Below the pieces are notes generated by a model. The model worked only from the letters and a program-made list of their open reading frames with translations. It was not told the DNA's origin and searched no databases. A DNA stretch of 64,000 nucleotides from assembly GCA_000092065.1 (NCBI GenBank), contig CP000583.1; one strand, 5' to 3'. Below are positions 40,899 through 50,422 of this stretch, piece after piece. The DNA is from Ostreococcus lucimarinus. Taxonomy: Eukaryota. The translations under genes were made by a program, and so were the position numbers. Positions within the stretch are counted from its first letter, which is position 1. Every line of letters begins with the position of its first letter.

Positions 40899-43800
40899 TC
40901 ACAGCTTGAGCCTATCGCGAATGAGTTCAGCGATGGAGTCCTCTCCGGGACCGATATCCTTGAAGGCGTCGAGAACTTCAACGATGACGTCTTGGCGGCG
41001 CTTCCACTTCGGGCTTCCCTTGTTCACACCCGTGGTGCTGAAGGTGCGCAAGACATCCACAGCGGCGGATGGCGTGAGCCCAGTCAAGAGAGTCGCGGCG
41101 AGTTTCACATCAGGTTCGGGTTTGTCTTCCGGCTTCTCCACGCCCGGGCGCGCGCCGAACCCGAGGCTCGCACGGCGAACAATGCTCACTTGTTCTTCAA
41201 TCTCCAATCCAGCATAAATAACCTTCGCAGTCTTGACGTTGCGGTTTGCAACGACGCGGAGGATTTCGACCCCGTTGTACACAACGCTTCGCAGGTAGTA
41301 CGGAAGGACGAATTCAGCGACACCAACCATGCGACCGGGCTCGGACATGTTAACCAAACCGATGGCGGCTTCGGCGTCTCCAAGGTTCTCCACCATAATG
41401 TCAATCAACGTCGCAGCACGGGTCAAATCGAGACCCATGAGCGCTTCAGCGCCTCGGGTATCTTTTGCGCGCCACAAAGCAGCTAGGGCTGTCGCCGCAG
41501 CTTCCACGTTGGCTGCTCCTTGAAGGATCAACGTTGCGGCGATCGGATCTTCGTCTTCAGAGAGCTCGAGGACAACCTCTTCGATTTCCTCCTTGGATGC
41601 GCTCTTTTCAAGTCGCTTTTGCAAACGAGATGCACGCTCATCGGTGACTTCGTTGTCCGGCTTTGACGCGGCTTCAGCTTGTTCGGCCGCGCGCTCCGCG
41701 GCGGCTGCAGCGTCCGCCTTTGCCTTTGCCTCAGCGGCTACGGCTTCCGCCTTTGCCTTGGCCTGTGCATCCGCCTTGGTCTTGGCCTGTGCATCCGCCT
41801 TTGCCTTGGCCTCTGCATCCGCCTTTGCCTTGGCCTCTGCATCCGCCTTTGCCTTGGCCTCTGCATCCGCCTTTGCCTTGGCCTCTGCCTCTGCCTTGGC
41901 GTCCGCCTTGGCTTTGGCCTCTGCCTCTGCCTTGGCTTTGGCCTCTGCCTCTGCCTTGGCCTTGGCGTCCGCCTTGGCTTTGGCCTCGGCATCCGCCTTT
42001 GCCTTGGCTTCAGCATCCGCCTTTGCCTTAGCCGCCTTCGCCTCTTCTTCAGCCTTACGCTTCGCTAATTCGGCTTCCTTTCGCTTCGCTTCCTCAGCAG
42101 CCTTCTGAGCTTTCGCAGCCTCCTCCTGCGCCTTGGCTTCCGCCTTGCGACGTTCTTCCGCCTCCTTCTCAGCGCGACGCTTCGCCTCGGCAGCCTCCTT
42201 CTCAGCTTGCTTTCTCTTCTCTTCTTGTTCCTTCTCGAGACGCTTCTTCTCCTCCTCAGCTCGTTTGGCAGCCGCCTTAGCGTCCTCGTCAGCTTTTTTC
42301 TTGGCGCGCGCAGCTTCCTCCTCAGCTTGCTTGGCCTTTGCCGCAGCTTCCTTCTCAGCTTGTTCTTTGGCGCGGCGCTGCTCTTCAGCTTGACGCTTCA
42401 AGTCTTCTGCTTGCTTTTTGGAGTCCTTCTTCGCTGCTTCAGCCGCCTTGCGACGGCTTTCCTCTTCGTCGAGGGCCAATTGCTTGCGTCTTTCCGAAGC
42501 AGCCACGCGCTCGGCCTCCGCCGCTGCAGTTGCAATTCGTAACTCCTCCGCGCGTTCAGCAGCTGCGACGGCTTCAAGACGACGGGATTCTTCGAAGCTG
42601 ATCGTCGAAGATTCTTTGAACAAAACGCCCTCAGTTTCGGTCTGGTTGAAAAATCTACGAGTGTCCTCGTCTTGTCTAGCGGCCCACTCTGAATCTCTCC
42701 TGCTCAAAGTTTCTGCGTTCCATGCAAGACGTCGAGCATCAATTTCAGCGATGATGGCGGCGAGCTCGGCTTCGAGCTGCTTGATACGCATCTCAGCCAC
42801 CTTTCTACGGGCGTCTTCCTCTTCACGTAGAGCTCGCTCGGCACGAACAGCTGCGTCAGCTTCCGCGCAGACAGCAGCGTGACGTCCATCTTCATTGTGA
42901 GTTCTAGTCTGCTCCTCCGTCACGGTGCGTTCAATGGACATCTGGGACTGAGCACGGCGCGCCTTAAACTCTTCGTAGTTGGCCGCTGCAGTCTTTTCGA
43001 GAGCTTGCAATTCGGGAATGAGGATTTGAAGTTGCGACTCCATCTGCGTAATAGTAGCGTTGAGATTCTGCATCATGTTGTCGATAGCAATAGGCGAAGC
43101 AGCGGCAAGTCGCCGCGCATCTTCCTTACGTTGTCTCTCCTCCATCATCTTCCTGAACTCGGCGCGACGAGCTTCCTCGGCGTTGAACAAAGCCTTGATC
43201 TTCGCCGCAAAGTCGTCAATCTCTTTCTGCTTGCGCTCGCACTGCGCGTCAAAATCAGCTCTTCGTTGTTTCTCAGCGGCCTCCTTTTGCGCGATGGCGT
43301 CGGCAGCTTGCTTACGGCGCATCTCCTCTTGAGTCTGTAAGAACTCCTCCTTGGCTTCAAGTTCCGCTCGGAACTTGTCGAGAATGTCCGGCAGTTCATC
43401 ACGGAATCGGTCGCGTCTAGCGTCCTCTTTCGCGATAATATCGTCGTCGATGGCCTTTTGATCGGCAATCTTCTTGTCCATCGCCTTGCGTCGGGCTTCT
43501 TCTTCGGCACGGCGCATGGCTTCGTCGCGCACAAGCTTCTTGAGCTCTTCACGCATTTGCAGCAGCTTGGCGTCTTCTCTCAGGCGCTCGGCCGCATCTT
43601 CCGCGCGAAGACGTTCATCTTCGGCTATAGCTTCTTCACGAGACTTTCTGAACTCCGTGACTCTTTGCGCTTCAGCCTCAAGTGCAGCCTTGGCGGCGGC
43701 ATCAGCTTCGCGTCGACGACGTTCCAAGTCGCGAATGAAATCGTCAATTTCTTGACGCTTTCTGGACACCTCATTCGCATGATCTTCACGTCTGCGTTCT

Positions 43801-46800
43801 TCCTGAGCGCGGAGATCTTCTTCAGCTCTTTGTTTTGCTTGGAGTTCAGCCTTGAAAGCTTCACGACGAGCAAGCTCGGAGGCCCACGCAGCGTCTTCGT
43901 CGGAGCGCATCTTTGTAATGCGTTCTTCCTCGGCGTTGCGACGAGCGTCTTCCTCGGCCATCTTCTTTCTCTCGGCTTCCGCAGCAGCACGAATAACATC
44001 TTCCGCTTCTTTAGCTCTAGCATCTTCTCTGGCGCGACGAGCTTGTTCTTCTGCGTCGCGACGCGCTTGTTCGCGATCCCAATCGGCACGGCGTTGATCT
44101 TCACGAGCTCGAGTGCGTGCCTCGTCTTCTTCGCGACGACGAAGCTCGTCAGCTGCGCGGGCTCGGCGATTCTCCTCCGCAACGATAGCACGCTCGAGCG
44201 CTTCTTTTCGCGTGCGACTCTCGCCTTCTTGCGCGCGACGTTTATTCTCGGCCTCCATACGTAACCGTTGCTCTTGTTGCTCCATGTCCCGCAACTTTTG
44301 CTCTGCGGCGACGCGACGGCGATTTTCAGCTTCCACTCTTTCGGCTTCCTTGCGCACAGCCTCGGCAGCAGCAGCATCGGCTTCACGTCGACGGCGCTCT
44401 TCCTCTTCACGCTTTCTACGCTCTGCTTCAGCAGCAGCCAAAAGGTCTTGCTTGGCTTGTTTACGTCTCGCTTCTTCCGCTTCACGTTGAAGCTGTTCCT
44501 TCGTCTTGAATTCATCCTTGTTGATGATGAAATCGATGCGACGAGAATCTTCAGAAGTGCGTCGCAGACCTTCTTGGGAATTGAAAATCAAATTCGCCTT
44601 GTCTTGTTCTTGCTGACGACGTGTTTCTTCTTCCTTCTTAGCCGCTTCTTCTCGAGCAAGTTCTTCTTCATGACGCTTATTTTCGGCACGACGTTGATCC
44701 TCTTCGGCACGAAGTCGGTTTTCAGCTTCTCGCGCAGCTCGAGCGGCATCGTCGTAAGCACGTCGACGCGCATCTTCGGCTTCTCTTTTGCGGCGTTCAG
44801 CATCCTCAGCGGCCTCAGCTTGCGCCTCGACACGAGCGCGCCGTTGATCTTCATCAGCAATTTTGCGCTTTTCAGCCTCTTCGAGGATCTTGATTTCTTC
44901 AAGTCGAGATTTGTGGTTGGCCTCAGCAGTGGCGATGCGTCGCACCTCTTCAGCGTTGATTCGAGCGATCTCTTGAGCATACTTTTGCCGTCGGTTTTCT
45001 TCCGTATCCTTAAGACGAATACCAAGCTGCTTGAACTCTTCAAGGGCTCGACGCTTAGCGGCGAGATCATCGTCCTCTGCCTTTCGCCGATCGCCTTCTG
45101 CCTTTGCAGCGGCTCGCATCGCAGCTTGCGCGTTCGCGGCGCGAATTTCTTCAGCCTTAAGCGCAGCTTCGATGTCTTGCTTTCTGCGATCAGCGTCATT
45201 TTCGGCAGCGATGCGTCGATCTTTTGTATCGCGTTCGAACTTGACAATCGCTTCCCGGAGAGCGTTGATGGCAGCTTCGGCTTCGCGGCGGCGCTTGTCC
45301 TCGTCGTCGCGACGCTTTGCCTCGTCATCCTCCATTTGTAGAAGCTTACGCGCAGCATCATCACGACGACGTTCCTCCGCAGCTTGACGATCGGCTTCTT
45401 CGCGTTCAAGACGCGCACGTTCATCATCAACTGCGCGTCTGATGTCTTCACGAGCCTGCTCTCGCCGGGTATCCTCCGTTTCCTGGAGACGCCTCTCTTC
45501 TTCAAGCTCACGCGCGTGTTCGTCATCCCACGCTCGTCGTCGAGCTTCTTCAGCGGAACGATCGGCGGCGAGAGCATCTCGCATACGTTGAATTCGAGCC
45601 TCAGCTTCCGCACGACGCCGATTTTCTTCATCTTGCAAACGAGCCTCCTTCTCCAAAAGAGATCGCGTCTCGGTGTCGAATCTTGCTCGAAGATCGGCCT
45701 CGAGTCCCTTCGCCTTCTCAAAGTTATTCTTCGCCAAGTTGATATCTTGTTCACCTTGCGCGCGGCGTAGTTGAATAGAGTTGCGAAGGGCATCGATTTC
45801 CTTTCGGCGGCGTTCGATTTCTTCGCGCAATTTCGCGACTGAAACGGGTGCGCCATCATCGCCACCCATGAGGTCCTCGAGGTCACCCTTTTGTGTCTCA
45901 GTGATGACCTTAGTCGTGATGATCTCTTCCGAGTAAATGGCTTCACATTCGTCGTACAGCCTATCGATCCTCTCCTTCTCGAGTCGACGACGTCTGTTCT
46001 CTTTACGCCGCTCGTTGTTTTCATCCTCGACAGCCTTTCGAAGAGCCTCCTCGGCTTCCTTGCGGCGTCTATCTTCCTCCTTGCGAAGTTTACGCTCGCG
46101 AGCATCGATTTCGTCGTGGTATTCCTCGTCCGGCAATTCTTCACGCCTACGGGCGAGACGCGTGTTCACCTTCTCTCGCGTCGTGATTATCGTCTTCTTC
46201 GTTCGTCCATCAAAGCTGTACGCTACCGATGTTGTGACGGTGCCTGCGGCGTCTCCGATGGATGCCGCGACTTCACCGAGCCTCACCGGCTTCATCTCAA
46301 GCAAGTGAATGAAGAGATAGACGATGAAAGCAATCGCAGCACCGATAATACTTGCGTACTCCATGTTCACTACGTACGTGTAGAACGCGCCAGAACCCGA
46401 GAAGGCACCGGCTTCGATCAAATAGGAAACACCAGAAATGAGTGAAAGCAAGTTGGGCGCCGCCGCGACGGCAATGGCAATCATGGCGCGTGGATTCACG
46501 CCCTTAAAGAACCAATATGGACCCTTAGTATCGCGCGTCTGCATTGCTCGTCGCGATAATTTGCCAGCACGCATAAGCCAGAAGTCACACAAAATCACAC
46601 CGAGCACGGGAGAGACTAACAACGAACCAACGCCAATGATCCACGAGGCAGCGGCGACGACTTGTTGCCACATCAACTGAGCCGGCGCAAAGAGGCCGAC
46701 AGCGCAGGTGATGATGAGCGCTGCTTGCTTGGACGAGATCGTACCACCAAGATAGTTCTTGGTCTTTGCCCACGGAAGCGAGAATTCTTGCATATACTCC

Positions 46801-48035
46801 TGCGGACCAACGACGTTTGCGGCACTGTTCGTCACGAGCGAGGCGATGGCAATGGACGCAAATAAAATCGGCTTCGGCGCTTGCGCCATGGCCGCGGCGA
46901 CGATAGCAAACAAACCGGACAGCAAGGGAAGCCAGAAAAACTGACCAATAGGTGCAGTTCTAGAGCCCTTGATGTGCGCTGTGTAATCTGGATACACGCT
47001 CGCGAGCGTCACCCAAACGCCCACCATAAGCCAAGCGTGCTTCCAGAACTCGTTCGGCAAGGCGCCCGGCATACCCGCGGAAATCAACGAACCGATCGCG
47101 GTCTGAGGAATACCTTGACGCAAAGTCCAAGCGATGAAACCTGCCACGAGCGCTAAGACGGTCTGACCAGACGCGAGAAGTCTCGATGAAGGGACGGTGC
47201 GCAAGGAAATTGCGAGCTGCACCACCCAAAACATCGCGTACGACATCGCTCGCACGACTACATCGCTTTCGATACTCGCGGCGATAAACGTCGTTTTGAA
47301 CAATCCGAACACCGCTTCGCCCCCGACCAAAGTTTGCACGGCGTAGAGCAAGAATCCAAGCGTCGCGCGACAGGCGTCGGTGAACTCCGCCCCCCAAATC
47401 CCGAAACTCGAACGCGCCAGGATCGGCATATTCAGTTCGTACTTCGCCGCGGGGTATCCGATTGCAGAGATAAATGGCATCGCCATCAAAGTACCGAGCG
47501 CTGTCGCCAAACCGAGTTCATACCAGAGCAACGGCGCGAGCGTGTGCAAGTTCCACCGAACGAAACCGTACGGCACCGAATACATCACCGCGCACGTCGC
47601 CAGCGCCGCCCACAGCGAGAGTTCCTTGCCCTTCTCGATCGCATTCTCCTCCGTCGTCGGCGGGATGATCAAATCCTCGTCCCCAGGCGCGACGATGAAC
47701 CCTTCGTCATCCTTATCGTCGTCGCCGGTTTGATCGGCGTACCCCAATCCGACGGCGTTCGCGCGCGTCGACGCCTCCCTCATCCCCACGCCTCGCCTTC
47801 GCGTCCCACCCGCGCACGCGGCCTCCCACGCCAATCCACATCGTTTCTTTCCTCCACCGACCACGCGCGCGACGACCGTCGCGCCCCGCGCGCGCGCCCC
47901 GCCCCCCGCCGTTGCCGCATGCGATTGCCCAACGATTGATTTCGCAAATGTCCCGATCGACCCCGCCCGTCGCCCGCTCTCGCGCGCGCCGCTCCGCCGC
48001 TCCGCCGCCGCGCTCGCGGCGGCGCGCAGCGCCAT
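40899..48035 (-). CDS. Giant (~2,380 aa) protein: N-terminal 12-TM permease domain (NCS1/purine-cytosine-permease-like), ~1,500-aa E/R/K/A-rich charged helical (SAH-like) region, KAKADAEA octapeptide array, ~280-aa C-terminal globular domain
   Basis: Single uninterrupted 7.2-kb ORF with coding-like codon periodicity throughout; TM core from ~LWAALATCAVMYSV to ~IVYLFIHLL; ORF-track start 48101 is GTG, first ATG (MALRAAAS) ~48035. Confidence 0.55.
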   Translation of the reverse strand: MALRAAASAAAERRSGARESGRRAGSIGTFAKSIVGQSHAATAGGGARARGATVVARVVGGGKKRCGLAWEAACAGGTRRRGVGMREASTRANAVGLGYADQTGDDDKDDEGFIVAPGDEDLIIPPTTEENAIEKGKELSLWAALATCAVMYSVPYGFVRWNLHTLAPLLWYELGLATALGTLMAMPFISAIGYPAAKYELNMPILARSSFGIWGAEFTDACRATLGFLLYAVQTLVGGEAVFGLFKTTFIAASIESDVVVRAMSYAMFWVVQLAISLRTVPSSRLLASGQTVLALVAGFIAWTLRQGIPQTAIGSLISAGMPGALPNEFWKHAWLMVGVWVTLASVYPDYTAHIKGSRTAPIGQFFWLPLLSGLFAIVAAAMAQAPKPILFASIAIASLVTNSAANVVGPQEYMQEFSLPWAKTKNYLGGTISSKQAALIITCAVGLFAPAQLMWQQVVAAASWIIGVGSLLVSPVLGVILCDFWLMRAGKLSRRAMQTRDTKGPYWFFKGVNPRAMIAIAVAAAPNLLSLISGVSYLIEAGAFSGSGAFYTYVVNMEYASIIGAAIAFIVYLFIHLLEMKPVRLGEVAASIGDAAGTVTTSVAYSFDGRTKKTIITTREKVNTRLARRREELPDEEYHDEIDARERKLRKEEDRRRKEAEEALRKAVEDENNERRKENRRRRLEKERIDRLYDECEAIYSEEIITTKVITETQKGDLEDLMGGDDGAPVSVAKLREEIERRRKEIDALRNSIQLRRAQGEQDINLAKNNFEKAKGLEADLRARFDTETRSLLEKEARLQDEENRRRAEAEARIQRMRDALAADRSAEEARRRAWDDEHARELEEERRLQETEDTRREQAREDIRRAVDDERARLEREEADRQAAEERRRDDAARKLLQMEDDEAKRRDDEDKRRREAEAAINALREAIVKFERDTKDRRIAAENDADRRKQDIEAALKAEEIRAANAQAAMRAAAKAEGDRRKAEDDDLAAKRRALEEFKQLGIRLKDTEENRRQKYAQEIARINAEEVRRIATAEANHKSRLEEIKILEEAEKRKIADEDQRRARVEAQAEAAEDAERRKREAEDARRRAYDDAARAAREAENRLRAEEDQRRAENKRHEEELAREEAAKKEEETRRQQEQDKANLIFNSQEGLRRTSEDSRRIDFIINKDEFKTKEQLQREAEEARRKQAKQDLLAAAEAERRKREEEERRRREADAAAAEAVRKEAERVEAENRRRVAAEQKLRDMEQQEQRLRMEAENKRRAQEGESRTRKEALERAIVAEENRRARAADELRRREEDEARTRAREDQRRADWDREQARRDAEEQARRAREDARAKEAEDVIRAAAEAERKKMAEEDARRNAEEERITKMRSDEDAAWASELARREAFKAELQAKQRAEEDLRAQEERRREDHANEVSRKRQEIDDFIRDLERRRREADAAAKAALEAEAQRVTEFRKSREEAIAEDERLRAEDAAERLREDAKLLQMREELKKLVRDEAMRRAEEEARRKAMDKKIADQKAIDDDIIAKEDARRDRFRDELPDILDKFRAELEAKEEFLQTQEEMRRKQAADAIAQKEAAEKQRRADFDAQCERKQKEIDDFAAKIKALFNAEEARRAEFRKMMEERQRKEDARRLAAASPIAIDNMMQNLNATITQMESQLQILIPELQALEKTAAANYEEFKARRAQSQMSIERTVTEEQTRTHNEDGRHAAVCAEADAAVRAERALREEEDARRKVAEMRIKQLEAELAAIIAEIDARRLAWNAETLSRRDSEWAARQDEDTRRFFNQTETEGVLFKESSTISFEESRRLEAVAAAERAEELRIATAAAEAERVAASERRKQLALDEEESRRKAAEAAKKDSKKQAEDLKRQAEEQRRAKEQAEKEAAAKAKQAEEEAARAKKKADEDAKAAAKRAEEEKKRLEKEQEEKRKQAEKEAAEAKRRAEKEAEERRKAEAKAQEEAAKAQKAAEEAKRKEAELAKRKAEEEAKAAKAKADAEAKAKADAEAKAKADAKAKAEAEAKAKAEAEAKAKADAKAEAEAKAKADAEAKAKADAEAKAKADAEAKAKADAQAKTKADAQAKAKAEAVAAEAKAKADAAAAAERAAEQAEAASKPDNEVTDERASRLQKRLEKSASKEEIEEVVLELSEDEDPIAATLILQGAANVEAAATALAALWRAKDTRGAEALMGLDLTRAATLIDIMVENLGDAEAAIGLVNMSEPGRMVGVAEFVLPYYLRSVVYNGVEILRVVANRNVKTAKVIYAGLEIEEQVSIVRRASLGFGARPGVEKPEDKPEPDVKLAATLLTGLTPSAAVDVLRTFSTTGVNKGSPKWKRRQDVIVEVLDAFKDIGPGEDSIAELIRDRLKL
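41700..42010 (-). repeat. 24-bp coding tandem repeat array (~12 units) encoding (KAKADAEA)n inside the giant ORF
   Basis: plus-strand gccttggcctctgcatccgcctttgccttg units; minus-strand translation AKAKADAEAKAKADAEAKAKAD... Confidence 0.85.
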
Positions 48036-48309
48036 TCGCGCTCGCGCTCGCGACGACTCGCGCGTCCGCGCCACGCACGTCCGCGCGCGCGGCGTTCTCA
48101 CGCGCGCGAAGAGCGAGCGAATTTAAGGGATCGTCGACGAAGATACGACGTCGCGGCGGTTCGCGCGCGTCCGTCGATCGATCGCGCGCGTCGGTCGATC
48201 GATCGCGCGAGGCTCGCGCGATCGATCGACGTCGCGCGCGCGCGACCGACCGAGGGATCGGCGGTCGGTCGACCGCGCGCGCGCGGCGCGAGAGCGCGGC
48301 GCGCGGGTT

Positions 48310-48313
<4 letters not shown>

Positions 48314-48343
<30 letters not shown>

Positions 48344-48745
48344 CGCGCGATGGCGCCGACGCGCGCGCGACCGGGTCGCGCGGCGAAGAGGGACGAGACG
48401 CGCGGAGGGGCGGTGACGCGCGCGGCGAAGGCGAGCGGTGGGCCGTACGAGGCGCGGAACGAGTTCGTGATCCCGGGCGGGGATGGCGGCGTCGTCGCGC
48501 GATTCGAGGAGGAGATGCGCGCGCGGGAGAAGATGGCGAAGGAGTGCGGGGCGACGGAGGCGAAATTGGTGAAGCTTAAGGCGAATGAGTACGCGTTTGA
48601 GCAGAAATGGGCGTCTAAGGAGGCGTACGAGGCGTACATGAACACCCCGGGGCGACGACGAAGCCACCTGACGGTGGGAGTGTATCAACGCTTGCCGAAG
48701 GATAAATGGAGCGTGCCGGAAAACTTTACGCCGGTGACGCGGTAA
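48314..48745 (+). CDS. Small ABM/Dabb-like (antibiotic-biosynthesis-monooxygenase fold) protein with poly-Thr N-terminus
   Basis: MTTTMTTTTT..; C-terminal block FEQKWASKEAYEAYMNTP resembles the ABM-domain signature; ATG at ~48314; encoded partly by (gacgac)n repeats. Confidence 0.45.
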
Positions 48746-48877
48746 GGCAGTGTGCGCGAGAGACGAGAGATATATTTGACGCCGCGCAACTTGTAAAACG
48801 AACGATTCAGTCAGGAAACATTTGCTTCATCACAACGCGCGGCGACGGGGACCGAAACGAAATTTCGTCGCTCGCTA

Positions 48878-50131
48878 CTAAGCCCCAATCTTTCCCTTGT
48901 AAAGATCGAGGAAAACATCCGCACCCCACACGGGTGATCCATTCGCACCCGTATCGAGTTTTGCGAGGTCCGAACCCATCGTCATCGCGGCATCTAAAGA
49001 ATCGGGATCGCCGGCTTGGTCGGGCGACAGCAAGAGCGCCGTCAAGCCGACGATGATGAAAATCGGCGCCGCGATGGCGCTCGCCAGCACGGCGTAAATC
49101 ACCGATACGTATTCTTGCTTGGACAACACCGAGGTGGTGTCTCCCATCTGTCGCTGAAAGCTTTGCCATTCGAGCTCGATGAGAACGTCCAGGAACCAAG
49201 ACGTTTCATTTTTCCCCGGCGGCGAGAGAGTGTTGTAAAACATGTTCACCGCCGTTTCTTCCGCTAGTTGCTCCCACTCCGCTTCCTCTTCTTCGGGCGT
49301 CTCGGGGAAGAAGTCGTCTCCAGATTGACTTCCAGGCTCGGGATCGGTGCGAAAATCAATCCTGTCCAAGCGACTGGCGATGAGGCCGTCCCTGTTCACC
49401 TTGTATGTCGTTCTCCCAAAGAGTCGGAAATTCAAGTCGGTTCTGGGTTCCTTCCCGTCCGCCACCGTCGCCGTCGCCGGGTATCCCGGTGCAACCTTCT
49501 CCCCGTACTCACCTTCCACGATCCTGCGAACTGCGCCTTCGTGCATGGAACCGAGCAAGAGATTACTAAACTTCTTGCCAAATCGCGCGCCCTCCCACAC
49601 CGCCGTCCACTGAATGAGCAACACCCCCGGCTCGATCGAGCTCGCTCTTCGCGTGACAAACTTGAACCCCTTCAACGCCGACTTCGTCGCATCGCTAAAG
49701 TGTTCCATGAGCTCTCGATACTCGTCCAATCCGCGCACGGCGTGCACGTCGTTGTCGTACTCGACGTTCGCCGCGAACGCCTCCCGCCCGAGCTCGCGCA
49801 GAAACGGATCTCTCTCGAACCCCTCGCGCAATCTTTGCGTCACCGCGATCTGCCGTTCCAACGACGATCCTTCTTTCGACGATCGCGCGGACGTCGACGC
49901 GCGATCACCTCCCCGGTCGCGCTCGCTCGCGGCGTTTCCCTCGCGATCGTCCCGCTCGCCCGCCGTCCCGCTCGCCGAGCTCTCGCGGCGAACCCTCCGC
50001 CTTCGCGCGTCGTCGCCTCGCATCGCGCGCGCGACGCGCGCGTTCGCGAGCGTTCGCGTCGCCCGCGTCGCGCGCGCGCGTCGCGCGACGCGCGCGGTCG
50101 TCGCCGCGGGCGCCGCGTTCGTCGCGCGCAT
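48878..50131 (-). CDS. Hypothetical protein: organelle-type presequence, NTF2/SnoaL-like region and a C-terminal TM helix
   Basis: Non-repetitive coding composition for ~350 aa (..FKFVTRRASSIEPGVLLIQWTAVWEGARFG..), hydrophobic segment VIYAVLASAIAAPIFIIVGLTALLL; start uncertain (ATG ~50131 or ~50242). Confidence 0.45.
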   Translation of the reverse strand: MRATNAAPAATTARVARRARATRATRTLANARVARAMRGDDARRRRVRRESSASGTAGERDDREGNAASERDRGGDRASTSARSSKEGSSLERQIAVTQRLREGFERDPFLRELGREAFAANVEYDNDVHAVRGLDEYRELMEHFSDATKSALKGFKFVTRRASSIEPGVLLIQWTAVWEGARFGKKFSNLLLGSMHEGAVRRIVEGEYGEKVAPGYPATATVADGKEPRTDLNFRLFGRTTYKVNRDGLIASRLDRIDFRTDPEPGSQSGDDFFPETPEEEEAEWEQLAEETAVNMFYNTLSPPGKNETSWFLDVLIELEWQSFQRQMGDTTSVLSKQEYVSVIYAVLASAIAAPIFIIVGLTALLLSPDQAGDPDSLDAAMTMGSDLAKLDTGANGSPVWGADVFLDLYKGKIGA

Positions 50132-50422
50132 GTCGTTATGCCGACCGCGACGGCGTCGGGGCGCGCCTCCGCGCGAACGGCGCGCAAACAGTCGGGCGCG
50201 CGCGCGCGGATTTATGATTTCCACGCGCGCGCGGCGCGTCATCGACGTTTGAATCGCCGAATGCGAAAGAAATGAAAATCGGCGAGAAAATCGATGCGCG
50301 CCGAATGTCCGAACGTACAATTAGGGCTTTCCGACGAGGGCTTTGCGATCGCGCGCGGCGCGCGATCCGTCTCTCCGCGACGCCGTCGACGCCTCGCGCG
50401 CGCACACACGAACGCGAACACG

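Noticed and set aside
41593-42108. Plus-strand ORFs with ASASAFALASASAFA / PLPWPLHPP repeats
   Set aside because: These are alternative-frame and antisense readings of the KAKADAEA 24-bp array inside the giant minus-strand ORF.
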